Shown here piece by piece: positions 1 to 12,038 of a DNA stretch of 64,000 nucleotides; within the stretch, counting starts at the first letter, position 1, and each line of letters opens with the position of its first letter. The DNA comes from Cystobasidiomycetes sp. EMM_F5. Its lineage: Eukaryota. Where the stretch lies: contig JBPGPT010000045.1 of assembly GCA_051047955.1 (NCBI GenBank), positions 1 through 64,000 on the forward strand, given 5' to 3'. The notes under the pieces were generated by a model. The model was not told the origin of the DNA. It did no database searches and was given only the letters and a program-made list of their open reading frames with translations. Position numbers and translations under genes: made by a program.

Positions 1-419
1 ATCTATAGACGGTTTCTGAGTATTCGGTCGTCTGTCCGGTCGGTCCTCCAGGAACAGCCCGCGACCAGAGAGGCTAGGCGACATTGTCCATCCAAAGACC
101 ACCACAGCAAATTCGGCAATAGAACGTGCTGAATATATCGTGTTGACAACGATAGGATGACCGACTACCAGATACACCTTACCAGGCGATTGCCGTTTTA
201 CTTTATTCGATTGCCCATCATTGTTCGCTGAACACTAGCCAAGGTCTGTAGGTGGAGGGAGGACGTCAGACTAGGTCGATTGACTCGTGAGTCACTGGGA
301 CTTAATCCTTACACTCTTAATCAGCCGCAATTACGTCTTGTGTCGTGGCTGCCTTGACTTGAAAGTGACGAAGTACTGAAAAGAAAGCAGTGATACAATC
401 AGCCGACAATCACCAGCAC

Positions 420-1620
420 ACGTCCAGATGGCAATTGTGGACTGACCTTGACCATCTGCTTGTTGACTGCTATTGCCCAGCTAGGCTAGTAAGGTTCTCC
501 ATTGTCGGCCCATCTCTGGCAACACTGAATAGGATCTGTATGGACATCAGGCAGTGTCAGCTGTTGTAGCCAGAGGATGAAGTACTTGACACTCACATTT
601 TGCTGGTTGCTTGTCTGCTTCCCCAGCCACTTGCATAGCTGGCTGGCTGGCTGGCTGGTTGGTTGCTGGAGTCCTGCTACTTCTGCTGCTACGACCAAGC
701 ACAGAGAGGGTCAGTCGCGCTGATGCAATGCATGGCGACCTCAGTACCCACATTATCTACCAGCCGTTGTCGGCCATGATGACCAGTCTTGACGCTGATA
801 TCCAGCCAGAGGCGAGGACGGGACAGGAACACTGCGAGAAAAGAGAGTAGATACAAGATTAGCCAAGAGTAGTATATCATCCTTCAACACAGCTATAAGC
901 TGCACTGAGCTCTCCTTGCTCTGCCTTGCGCAGCCTTGCCGGATACGGAGCGGATCGTTGCTGACAGCGTACAACCTGTAGAAGCAGAGAGGGCGACAAC
1001 ATTCAGCGACGTCGTCTGCTAGAAGGAGTCATAAACAAAAGGATGCTTACGCGTTCTTTCGAGAGACAGGCTGGCGCCTGATTTTGCCTTGGTGTAAGAA
1101 GGAGCGCTGCGAGAGCAAGTGTGTGCATAGTCAGCTTAATTGTAGCATCGTACATCAATGCCCACGATGACCCACCTACTCAGTTGACCTCACGAGTCCC
1201 ATCGCCTCAGCTGATCTCTCCTCATTCCAGCTCTCTCCTCCAATTCTGAACGTGCGTCGGAGCCATACAGAGTCTCCGCTTGTTCATCAATACCGTCAAT
1301 CAAGCAAAGATGTCAGCCAGACTGCTTCAGTCATACTAACTAATCACTCACTGTCATCAATGTCATTGCCAGCATCCATTACTGAAGCCATGTCCAGTCC
1401 GATTGGCCATCAAGCTGACGAGGCCAGCTGATTGACAGTGGTGGATCTGATTGATTGATTGACAGTGTCAGGCACTGATTGATTGATGGTCATGATTGAC
1501 CTTGATTGATTGATTGTCAGTACTTACACTGCTTGATTGACTGATTGAGTCAGCTTAGCTGACTAGCTGACTACCCCAGCCAGCTGTTGATCAAGCTGAT
1601 CAGATACTCTCCTCCTACGC
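420..1620. repeat. Degenerate low-complexity region with (GCTG)n and (GATT)n runs and CpG-poor patches; probable decayed or hypermutated repeat
   Basis: GCTG run at ~638-660 and several GATT runs at 1448-1548. By hand count only 2 CpG in 1301-1610 and 1 in 423-690, with abundant TGA/TCA. No long ORF. Confidence 0.55.
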
Positions 1621-3904
1621 TGCTCCTACTCCTGCGCTGTGCATAAGCTCAGTCGTCCAGCTCCGGATCCAGTGCAGAGCACTGGAAGATAGGCGAAATA
1701 CTGAGCGATGGCTGAATAGCAAGCCACATCAGGATACTGAGACTGTGCTGGAGTAACAGTAAGAGAGCGAGTCAGTGCGTGTCCCTCTGCCTGACTGCCA
1801 ACGCGCTAGCACCGCACTCACCAAGACAGCGCATCCTTCAGGCAAGCTCTACCCAGCAATCGATCCTCCAGCGATGCCAGCAGTGTGCATAGTCATTCAT
1901 ATCATGTTGTCGCTGCATCATTCATGGCTTACATGCTTCACCGTGTTGTATTGCTCGTAAGAGTGGCAGCGCGGCGCTGCCGATCGCCTGGAGACCGGTA
2001 TACACGAGCAAAGGGAGACCTGGACAGAAGCCACCCTCATTGACTGCCTGCATTGAATACAACACCTACAAGTAATACATCCATCGACCCGGTATCCGCG
2101 TTGTTTGAATATACATTTGCACCAAGATACACATTTGCACCAAAATGCAGATTTGCACCCCTCCGCCCAATGGCGCAGACGGATTTCTAATGGCGCACTT
2201 TGCGCTAATACAAATGAGCGACGATTTTACTGACTTAGATCGTTCTGTTCAAACTCACCCAAGCAGTGCTCAGGCGACCTGGCTTGAATGTAGAAAATGA
2301 ATCGCTTACAAACCAGTCGTTCTTTGAGCCCGCATTCAACCAACAAGACTGCTCACTTTTGCATAACAGACATCTCCACCCAATCCGCCATTGGGCTGAA
2401 GCTGTTCGTCTGATGTGTTGAAGTAGCCAGCCAATTGGCGATCTGATAGAGCGCAGCATGGATGCAGCTGAGTTTTACAATCAGATACAGCTCACCGGGT
2501 CTCAGCTGACTGGCCAGCTGGTTGCTCCAACTGAAATCTGTCTGATGAGCAAGCAGCGTTAGCCTTGGACGACTGACAGTGATGAGGTGCCACCGTTGCA
2601 CGTACCAGCCGATGAGACGGCTGTCGGTCCCAAGGCTGCAGGAAGCGTCGACGACTGATTAGTTGCCGTAGCCGGAAGCAGACAAGCCGGAGTGTCATCT
2701 GGATCGCGAGCCACTCACTGAACCGATAGTCTAGCAGTCAGTCACTGCTAGAGAGTGAATTGGATAGTGAACCAGGTGCTCACAATAAATGACCAGCAGC
2801 CAGCCAAGCTTGAGCGCGATCTGAACGGCGGACTGGTCAATGATCTAATCGGTCCAACAGCCATTGCTGTAGCCAGCAAGACATTCAGTTACTACCGGTC
2901 AGCTTGTCGACGAGCCAGATGTCGCTCTCATAACGTATATTGTGCACTGCCCTTGTACACGAGCTATGCTACAAATGTCGTACCACCTGTCATAAAAGTC
3001 AAGGTCAGGAAGCGAGCTGAGAGCGGGGAACAGATCTGCAGTCGGCTCACTACCACTATCCAGTATCGCTAGGCACAAAGCAGTATTAGCTGGTAATCAA
3101 ACCGCGAGTCAGCATCGCAAAGTCTGTAAAGGGTCTAGCCAAATCAACCCGGACAACAAGCGAAGCTGCCAAATTTGCAATAAACACTGGTTGAGAGAGT
3201 AGTATCAATTAGCGAAGCACAGTGCAGTCGTCCGACAGTAATGTCCAAATCTATTCAGCTTTCCTTTTGTTGTGGTGTGCTGTATAAACAGAGCGGGAGA
3301 CATGCCTTGCAGTTCGAGTGCTGGAGGAAACAAAGCAAGCGACACTCCATCAATCACTGCTGTCGCGTACAGCCTCAGCTGGGGAGGGGCCGTATTTACG
3401 TCTTCAACGTTCGAGAGATAGGCATCGCAAAGTACCGCAGACAGTCAGCAAAGATCTGCGTATATATTACGAATGATTGCTGTTGACTCGCACCGTTCTG
3501 CAGCCCTGGCGAGAAGAGATAGTATGCATCTTGGCGGCTTGCTGTGCCAGAGGACAGGCGCCTAGACAGCGATAGAAGAGTATCAGGGAGTCAGTCATCA
3601 TGTAGAGTAGCACATAGGCAGGCATTCCTGACTCACATTGACCACATTGTCCTAGGACAACGTGCACAGCCTTTATCGGCCAAGTCTGAGCGGACAGTGA
3701 CGCGAAACGAGACGCCATTCAAAGACCGTCTGTTCAATTTTGATGGGGCTTTGTGGGCGTGGACGAGTGAATAGCCAGGCATTGGCATATCAGAACAGAT
3801 TCTCCATTGCTTTGCTGAATTAGCTATGCTACAAAAGTCGATGTCCTGCAGCGGAGCCAGAGTCAGCTATCGACTAGAGTAAAGCCAGTTGGCAGGCTAC
3901 TCAC
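591..3904 (-). other. Intron-dense minus-strand unit with no recognisable protein (decayed gene or TE, or spliced lncRNA)
   Basis: About 15 GTRAGY donor motifs on the minus strand versus about 1 on the plus strand (hand count). Several pair with CTRAY branch sites and YAG acceptors, e.g. introns ~1050-976 and ~2718-2638. Hand-spliced products give no recognisable protein. Confidence 0.4.
2113..2160. repeat. 18-bp-period tandem repeat (core ATTTGCACC x3)
   Basis: ATTTGCACC at 2115, 2133 and 2151; units acatttgcaccaagatac / acatttgcaccaaaatgc / agatttgcaccc. Confidence 0.8.
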
Positions 3905-4204
3905 TGCATACTACAGCTCTACAGCTGTGTGCACCAGTCTCCAGCTCTGTATAATCTTCAACATGCTTGCATAGTTGCTTTGAAACTGAAGTAGCTGCTG
4001 TGCTCGTTGCCGGTTCCGGATAGAGAGCGGCCTCACAAGCAAACAGTGACAAAGGATGATGGATGCAGCTTGCCTCTGTTTGCGTGCAGTCACTGTAGAC
4101 TGGCAGATATGGCCTACAAGGCGCCAAGGAATTGTGCGGTCAACGCTTAAATACTCGTCATCCTGATTACCTTCTAGGTTACTATCGCAGCCCAGCTTCA
4201 CCTC

Positions 4205-4914
4205 TCACATCACCGAAAAGGTCAGCGCCGTCTCGCGTATCGATATCTTGACGCGACGGTCGTCTAGCCAATCGACCACAAGCCATTCGAGCTGTGCAGC
4301 GGCAGTCATCATTGCTTCTTCTGGACTCGCAAGCTTGAAATCGAGCGTCTTGTACGGCTCGTTCGATCCGCTGCCGTGCCCTTGCGGTGGTGGTCCAGCG
4401 GGAGTAAGCATTCCAAGCAGGCTCGTCCCAACCTTCCACACCCTGCCATGCGACAATCAGCTCACAGCCCGACAGATGTACGCCCGGCTGCACTAACTTA
4501 ACGTTAGATTCGTCCAGTGATACAGTGACTAGACGTCGACCATCTGGCGAGTATGATACAGCAGAGGCCCGCTTCTTGTGCGATTCAAGTATGTAGAGAC
4601 GGGTTGCAGTTTTGAGATCGTACACAATGCATGCTCCCCTGAAACAGTAGTTCAGCACATCAAGCGCAATACCGAAACACAGACGTAGCCTCTGCTCACT
4701 CGTGAGTTCCTATCGCAAGTCGTTGCGTTTTGTGATGAAATGATATCGGTGGGTATGTCTTGACCAATTCGCTGGTAGCGAAAGAAAAATGAAAAGACCA
4801 GGTCAGTATACTCGCCTCCTGGCCGTGGCGAGCTATCTGTCCTATGTACCTCAAGATAAAAGTCGCGGTTTGCTGCAAAGTACCCCGTAGACCTCCGCGC
4901 GGATCCAGACACCG
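4205..4914 (-). pseudogene. 3'-terminal fragment (4 exons, ~170 aa) of a WDR7/rabconnectin-3beta-like WD40 protein; 5' part not found
   Basis: Spliced product RCLDPRGGLRGTLQQTATFIL-SELVKTYPPISFHHKTQRLAIGTHE-GACIVYDLKTATRLYILESHKKRASAVSYSPDGRRLVTVSLDESNVK-VWKVGTSLLGML...TFSVM* resembles the C-terminus of fungal WDR7-like proteins (from recall). Only ~700 nt separate it from the GH31 stop codon. Confidence 0.7.
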
Positions 4915-5622
4915 CTGATATGTACTACAGCTCGCCGGACGCTCAGACAAGGTTCAATACGAAGCACGTCTTGTTTTCATCGATAGCAATGACGTGCACG
5001 ACAAGTTCTGGATGTTTAAACCGAGTAAGCATTTCTGCATCTGCGGGTGAGGTCAATGATACTAAGCCTCAACCGCCAAAGATTCTTGCTGGTCCAAGGT
5101 CGGAATAAGCAATGCAGACGATGCAACTGGGCAAGTCAATTACGACGGACTTGAATGCTCATTTAAATGGAAAGATGATACAACTTCGTACACTTACGTG
5201 TGGTCTGCAGTCGAGTCTGGTCAGAGTGAGCTGGTTGCAACAAAAACTCCAAGGGCCTTCACTGATCTCACGCTTCTCAAGTCGTTGGTCATATGAATTG
5301 CAATGTTGGTCCGCAAGCCGGGTGGCCATCATCTATAGATTGCGTGGTCGGTCGTGAAATGCCAGAAATCTGGTTGCGTACTTATGGCTGACGGCACCTT
5401 TCTAATGATTCAGCGCATCAACTATGCTGTCACGGCGCCCGACACTTGTCAATCCGGAGACCAGCTTCCCCAGACCAACACCGGAGGTTTGTTGGGCACC
5501 GGCACCGCTATCGCATTGTGTAATTGGGAGGGCGACCTGTAGGAAGTATGCTGGCATCGAAATGTCGTGTCCGAGCGTGAGACGTTCTTCTTATTGTCCA
5601 TGTCGATCGAAGCTATCCTAGC

Positions 5623-8348
5623 TTACAACGTTGATATGTTAATTTCGTAAGATGTTCTACCATCCTTTCGTTGAGAGATGCCCACAGCATCTGTGACGGT
5701 TCGCCCGTCACCGCGCGGCAGTATGACCCAAAGAGTCTGCCAGAAGGGCTTGAAAGCACTTTCTACGAAGGCGGCTTTTACAGCGACTTCATTCTTGCCT
5801 TTTGAAGAGTAGGTGACGCGCACACAAGCGATAGGTGCTGGCCATGTACTCTCGCCGTCATCCTCAATCCATTCTCCGGTGAACTCTTCGCTTGCTTCTC
5901 TAGGCGGGAAGATCTCAACGCCTCTCCAGTCATCCATTTCGACAAAGCCTGGCTTGATGGCAATAAGAGTTCCGTCATTTGTCGTCTTGCCAAGGTCGCA
6001 GGTAATCGTCGCGCACGGCTTGCCGATAGGAATAATTGTACCGGCTCGAGCAAAAACAGGAATACTGTCGATGCTCGTCGACACATCTACTGTAGTACCG
6101 GCAGAGTACGAGCTACCCTCCCCGAACAACGCGAAGTAGAGCGTCTTGTCATCTGCGTACGCTTTCGGCAGGTAAACCTGACGCGTCTTGAGTGCGGGAG
6201 CATAGATTGGAGCCACCAAGATTTTTCCGACACCTAGCCAGAAATCGCCTTCGTCCATGTAGGCATTGTCAAACAAGTTCTGGTCTGACCTATACTCGCC
6301 CCATCCTGTGAAGGCTACAGGTGGGATCTTTTGTTGCCGTGCCTGATGATGCAGATTGTACACATACGGAACCATCTCGTATCGGCGTTTGATGACGTCC
6401 CTCACGCGCGGTAAAGCCTCCTGATGCTGCCACGGCGAGTTGACCGAGAATTGATCCGGATCATTGGGATTAAGATGAATTGAATTGATACAGAAGCGTG
6501 TATGGTACGCAGCAGCTTGACACCATCGCGTGAACAGCTCAGCACTCGGCAGAGGGCCAGCGAAACCTCCGACATCAGCACCGTATGAGAAATATAGCGA
6601 CATGGATGCGTTCAGAGCCATGATAAAGTTGCCCTTGAACGCCTTCCAGTCACTCTGGTTATCTCCCGACCAGGTCGAACAGCAGTACTGCATAGTGTTG
6701 ATGTTGGCGGACCGAGTCAGGATGTATGGTCGTCGTCCCGGCGAGTTGTCAGCGAGAGCTTTATGCGACGACTTGCCGAGGAGCTCAGTAAAGGTCGTAC
6801 GCCCAACAAGCCCTACTTTCTTCCTCTGACCGTTCTGCCCAGGCAAGCCTTCTATCTCCCAGCCAGCTTCATAGCCGTCGTCATGCAGGGAATACTCGTC
6901 ATTGTCACTAGAGCGAACAATCAGATAAAGTAACGGTGCACAATTCCGTTTACATACTTCCACAGTCCATCGACTCCTTGCTGAATGAGCCTCGAAGCAC
7001 CCTGGTACCACCAATCGAAGCCCACAGCAGAAGACGTATCAATCCAACCGCCTTCCAGCTTTTCACCAATATTAAGTGACCAAATCCACGTCTTGACGTG
7101 CTTTCCTGTATCTGGATCGTGGAAGAGACCACCCTTCTCAAGCTTGGTGAATCCTGGGTGGAATTTGTTGATGTACGGCTTGATGTTTGGCACAACGCGA
7201 ATGCCGAGCTTGTGAGACGTCTTACAGAAGCCACTCAGATCCGGAAAGCGGTATGTATTCAAAGTAAAGACATTACGAGCCAGTCTATCATCTGACCCTT
7301 TTGTAACAGTATAACTCGCTGGTAGACGTAAGTTAGCATATACACTGCATATATGAGAAAGGAGCTGAGCTTGCTCACAAGAAAAGTGGATGCCAGAAGT
7401 AGGAATATCGTTCTCTTGCAGTTGCTCGAGGAAACGCTCTAGTTGGACTTGAGCCGGGGGATGATCCTGTCATCACTTTCAGAATAGTGTCGTCGAGATG
7501 CCCGGAAGTAGACTCACCAATGCAGCCAAGCCCATTGGACTGCTGATATAGCCTAAAGCCCATCTTGGGGGCATGATTGGCTCAGCTGTCGTAAGACTCG
7601 CCAGAGTGTCTGTCAATTCTTGAACATTACCGCAAAAGATGTAGGTATCCAACGCTCCAGTCTCAACTTCGAAGCTCTTGTATGCGCCCCATGGTTCGTC
7701 GATTGAATAGCCGACGTCCCACACGCTGTCGGCGTGACTACTCGAAAAGTAGGCTGTGCACAGCTGATCTGGCTTATTCCTCGGCACTCTGACCAGGTAC
7801 GGCGTATGCTTGTATAGCGGATCTGTTCCCCATGAATCGTAACTCGCAGAGTCGGATGTTCTCACTTCGAAACGCCGGTTGGTCAGATCCATAGGGGCGG
7901 CTACTTCTCCCAGACCCAGGTGAATATCGCCTTTGCGATTCAGACAGGAGTAGTGACGGATACCATGGGCTGTCAGATTGTATCCTCTGTACGGCAGGTC
8001 TCTATGCAAGACATCGCCCGTCTTTGTATCTGTAATAGTCAAACACGGCGAGCTGGACCAGTCTAGAGTGGCTGTCGTTCGGCCAAGTTGCATCGACGCA
8101 GTGTTGTCTGTGTTTTGCAAAGACTGCAATTCTATTCCCGCTCTTGCACCATCTTTGCCATCATGATATGTCTTGAAGAAAGTATTGAATGGAAGTGGCC
8201 TATCTTTTCCAGTCAAGCGGACACGCAGCATGTCCCGACCTGCGTCAACAACCTCGATAGCCAGTACATAGCCCTGTGGATTCTGCAGGACTATGGCTGC
8301 TGACGACTTTTCAGCCAACACAAAATTTGTGAGCAAGCGTTCGCGCAT
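5623..8348 (-). CDS. Glycoside hydrolase family 31 (alpha-glucosidase-like), no signal peptide, 4 exons
   Basis: Motifs DPLYKHTPY, PPRWALGY, RFPD, spliced nucleophile motif W-N-D-N-D-E, acid/base WSGDN, GADVGGF, ELFTRW. Introns near 7517-7468, 7378-7320 and 6957-6908. Confidence 0.93.
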
Positions 8349-9159
8349 GATGAAGGAATGTTAGACGAGGTGGAGAAGCAGAATGGAGAGAATATGTAAG
8401 TTGTAGCGAGTGTGAAGCTGTTTCGTTAGTCGTGCGTTCATTTTCCGTACACAGATTAGAGCGGCCGCTCTTTTCCGTTGCTAGCCGTGACAGGTGGCGG
8501 CTGTCGGATTGGGCAGCGGTGACAGGCCGAATCCAGCAAGCATGACATGCCTCAACGCCGTCTGGACGTACGCCGTCACAATAGTCAGCGGTGGATCTGG
8601 ATTGCGTGTGTCTATTGCGGCTCCGACTTCGACTTCAGCTCGCGCATCATTGTGGGAGAATCCGAGCGACTCCTGCCCAGCATGTATCTCAGCCGAGGCG
8701 GCATACGAACCAAGTTACTCGGTCTCAGAAATGGGAATACTATCGTGGCCTTCCGTCTATATCGCTCAGCCATTGGTTCAGTACAGTCTCGAGGTCAAGC
8801 TGGGATGTCGGAAAATTCCAGATGAGGTCAACCATCAAGGTGAAGCCGTAGGGAGCCAAGTCCCACAGCGTCGGAACATGGCTTTCCGAGCGGGTCTGCA
8901 GACATAGGTCTGCGTTAGGACTGTCGCAACTCAAGAAACGATGCCTCATTTTGCGACTGCCTGCTGCCCGGCATTATGATCGAAAACGCAAAGGTCAAAG
9001 TGCTGTCAATGTGCCCACAAATGACCTGACGCTTCAGTCCTGCTGTAGTCTCTTGGTAGTCGATTTCCGCATTAGATATGGTCACGCCTGCCAGTCTATC
9101 AAACAACGAAGACCGCTCGATCTAAATCATGCTGACATGCATTTTGACCAAGCGACATT

Positions 9160-9824
9160 CTAGTGTACGTTGTTCTTGTGGTGCTTCAGGTGCCTGTACG
9201 CAAAGAAATACACATGTACTGTTCGTCAGCAATGATCCCTTCGGCGAGACCAACCAACACACATGTTGTAGTCGATGGTGTAGCCGATAGCAAAGATGGC
9301 AAAGATGGCGTGCAGGATTGGAGCCCCGCTCTCGTTGCCCTTGTCAAAGTATCGTGCTCGGTATCGAGCAATCGGGTTCAAGCTCTTCGACCTCGGTGTC
9401 GGTCCTTTTGGTAGCTGTTGGTGGGGTGTACTGCAAGTCAGCCAGAGGCTCGATTTGCATCGCAGAGGATGGTGCGGTTGCTGGACGGAGGGTCGTAAAA
9501 GACACAACCGTCGTAACATTCTTCCAGCCCTCTACCGCGCCAATAACGCATCTCCAAAGCATCCTTTGCAGCGGAGATGTCGGATCCAGACGGGCAGCGG
9601 TCGCCCAAAAAAACACAGAGTAGCCCAACTGACCTTGCTGTAGAACTCGAGGACGCTCTCCATGCGCTTCGCAGACGACGAGCCGCTGATGGAGGCTACC
9701 GAAGCGACTTTTGGGGGGATGAGAGCGCGGAACCTGCCAGTCGGTGAGAAACGGGAGATGCGCCCAGTCAGCCTCCAGGCCTTCATTCGGCGTAGCCAGG
9801 CCATATTGCTACCACCCACGACAT
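9160..9824 (-). CDS. ATP17: Mitochondrial ATP synthase subunit f, 4 exons
   Basis: Spliced MSFRALIPPKVASVASISGSSSAKRMESVLEFYSK-LPKGPTPRSKSLNPIARYRARYFDKGNESGAPILHAIFAIFAIGYTIDYNM-HLKHHKNNVH*. LIPPK, FYxKLPKGP and HLKHHKN are typical of fungal subunit f. Confidence 0.93.
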
Positions 9825-10039
9825 GTTGGTATGGCTTTTCTGCAGCTGGTCGCTGTCTTGTCTGTTGTCGGCTGGAGCTAAAGATGATGCCAAAGTCCAA
9901 TCGACCTTTGACCTTTCGACAAAATAGCTGGAGTTTGGCGAATCCAAAGCAAAACCTGGCGTAAATCTGCACATTCTCTGTGATTCTGAAGAGCTGAGTC
10001 GCCGTAGAGCCTCGGATCTTAGGCTTTGACGGGGCGGAA

Positions 10040-10986
10040 ATGTCGGACCCGCGAAGCAAGGTATACCTCAGAGTGATACAAGTGTCGGAATGGGCGACTG
10101 AAAGGTTGAATATCGTTTACTTGCACAGCGTATCGCTCGCGAAGTCCGAGACGTCGAGAAAGACCGCGCTTCCAACATTACCGTCGAGCCAATTGTCCCA
10201 GACAACCTGACACACCTCAAGGGGACCTTTCGCGGACCAGAGGGAACGCCATACGAAGGAGGGCACTATGAAGTTGATATTACCGTTCCGCAAAACTATC
10301 CCTTCTCCGCTCTCAAGATGAAGGTCGGTCGAAATCATCTTATTTCGCGGAGGTCTAGACTGATGCATCGGATGGTTGTGTCTAGTTTCTGACAAAGGTG
10401 TCTCACTTGTGCTTCTACTGATATCGAACCTGTTCCTAACGACTGCACGTTCAGATTTACCATCCAAACATCTCCTCTGCTAGTGGCGCAATCTGTCTAG
10501 ACATCCTCAAGGGTAGCTGTCAATGCACGTACGTACGTCTGAATGTACTGACGCTCATCTTGCATGAATGCATTTATAGATGCATGGACGCCCGTGCTCA
10601 CTCTCCGCTCCACTCTCGTATCGCTCCAATCCCTCCTATGCTCACCTGAACCCAAAGACCCGCAAGACGCAGAAGTAGCAAAGCACTACATTTCCGATCG
10701 CAAGGGATTTGAAGAGACGGCCCGGTATTGGACAGAAGTGTACGCCAAACCAGATCCTTCTTCTTCCAAGTCAGCTTCTTCCAGTAGCAGTGGGAGAGGT
10801 ACAGATCAGAAAGCCATTGACGATATCAAGGTTAACGGCCTCGATCCGGTACACGTAAACAGCTTTGTCAACATGGGCTTCTCAAAAGATCAGGTCATCG
10901 ACACTCTGCGTCGCCTAAACTACAGAGGCGCGAATGCGGCGGCCGTCGGCGAAGATCAGGTAGTGAATGCTCTGTTGGGAGCGTGA
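10040..10986 (+). CDS. UBC1: Ubiquitin-conjugating enzyme E2 with C-terminal UBA domain (Ubc1/UBE2K), 5 exons
   Basis: [41 protein letters not shown] (catalytic Cys), PEPKDPQDAEVA, UBA with MGF motif. A 12-nt exon at 10386-10397 encodes FLTK. Confidence 0.95.
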
Positions 10987-11510
10987 ACATATCGAGAGGC
11001 AGCGAAAGATTGATCGAGCCCAAGAGCAAACAATCATTACCCTGAGCATGGTTGCAGTGCCAATGCCATACGTCACACAAGACATATGCCGACCATCCCA
11101 GCATGGCGCAATTTCAATACTTTTCGTATGCCAGTTCTGGATACTCGAGATTGCGACTGCTACTCGTCACCGATGCACGGAAAGTGAAGTAGCCGAAGTG
11201 TGCATCAAACAAACAATTTTATGCAGTGCATGTATCGAGTATTTCTGCTATGAACGGGTGATCGCTCATTTACAATGTACCAATAGTTCAATATTGCTTC
11301 CCAAATTGCACAGTATGCCCACCTGAGCACGAGAATGGTCGTTCTAAGCGATTTTGTGAAGTCACACCTGCTCTTTGTACCCCCTCGGCAGGCTTCCGAG
11401 ACGTCTGTCAAAGGTCGACGGCTACCGACAGGACCACTGAACTTTTCGTCTTGCTTCATCACGGACCCGTCACGCAAGATAGACCGGATTTACACACCAC
11501 ATACGTAAAT

Positions 11511-12038
11511 ATGGCATTCGTTGATCTGGCGATACAGCACCGCCCTCGAAGTGGGACGGAGTCCTCCACCCTAACGCATTCGAGCTCAGGAGTCTCCGAC
11601 GTCGGCACGGATATCATCGAAGAGGCCTTGCTGTTACAAGAGCACGACGGCGAGCCCACCTTGGTGGTCCAGCCCATCGACGTTGACCAAGAGGACAATG
11701 TAGATATCAATAGAGAGTTCAAGCGAGACGCGGTGAGGTCGCCTATTGCGTGTGCCAAGCAGACCCGCCCACAGCGAAAGATTGCCAACCGCCTACTTCT
11801 ATTCTCGTCTTGCCTTCAAACCGCCTATTGGGCCATGATGACTTTCCTCGTGGCGCAATTCATCCGCATCATCGACTCGGAAGTCCAGGCAGGATCATCT
11901 TCCCTGGGTGCATCAAGAACTGCGGCCGTTTTGTGGGCTACATATGGCGTTCTGGCTGTTACTGCCACACTCGGAGGCGAACATCTCTTGCAGTGGTTGC
12001 TAGCCAAGCGAGATGGACGGAAGACGAAGCGATGTTGA
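11511..12038 (+). CDS. Hypothetical protein with C-terminal transmembrane helices
   Basis: Single ORF of 175 aa from ATG 11511. Acidic disordered N-half, then hydrophobic segments (LLLFSSCLQTAYWAMMTFLVAQFI; AAVLWATYGVLAVTATLGG). Confidence 0.6.
   Translation: MAFVDLAIQHRPRSGTESSTLTHSSSGVSDVGTDIIEEALLLQEHDGEPTLVVQPIDVDQEDNVDINREFKRDAVRSPIACAKQTRPQRKIANRLLLFSSCLQTAYWAMMTFLVAQFIRIIDSEVQAGSSSLGASRTAAVLWATYGVLAVTATLGGEHLLQWLLAKRDGRKTKRC

Noticed and set aside
2113..2160. CRISPR-like regularly spaced repeat
   Set aside because: Eukaryotic context, a 9-bp core with similar rather than unique spacers, and no cas genes.
8494..9110. Several short overlapping ORFs between GH31 and ATP17
   Set aside because: Plausible splice sites exist on both strands, but I found no consistent spliced ORF or recognisable motif. 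A small gene cannot be excluded.
10061..10128. Possible C/D snoRNA in UBC1 intron 1 (GTGATA...CTGA)
   Set aside because: The C box is imperfect, the span is too short and there is no terminal stem.
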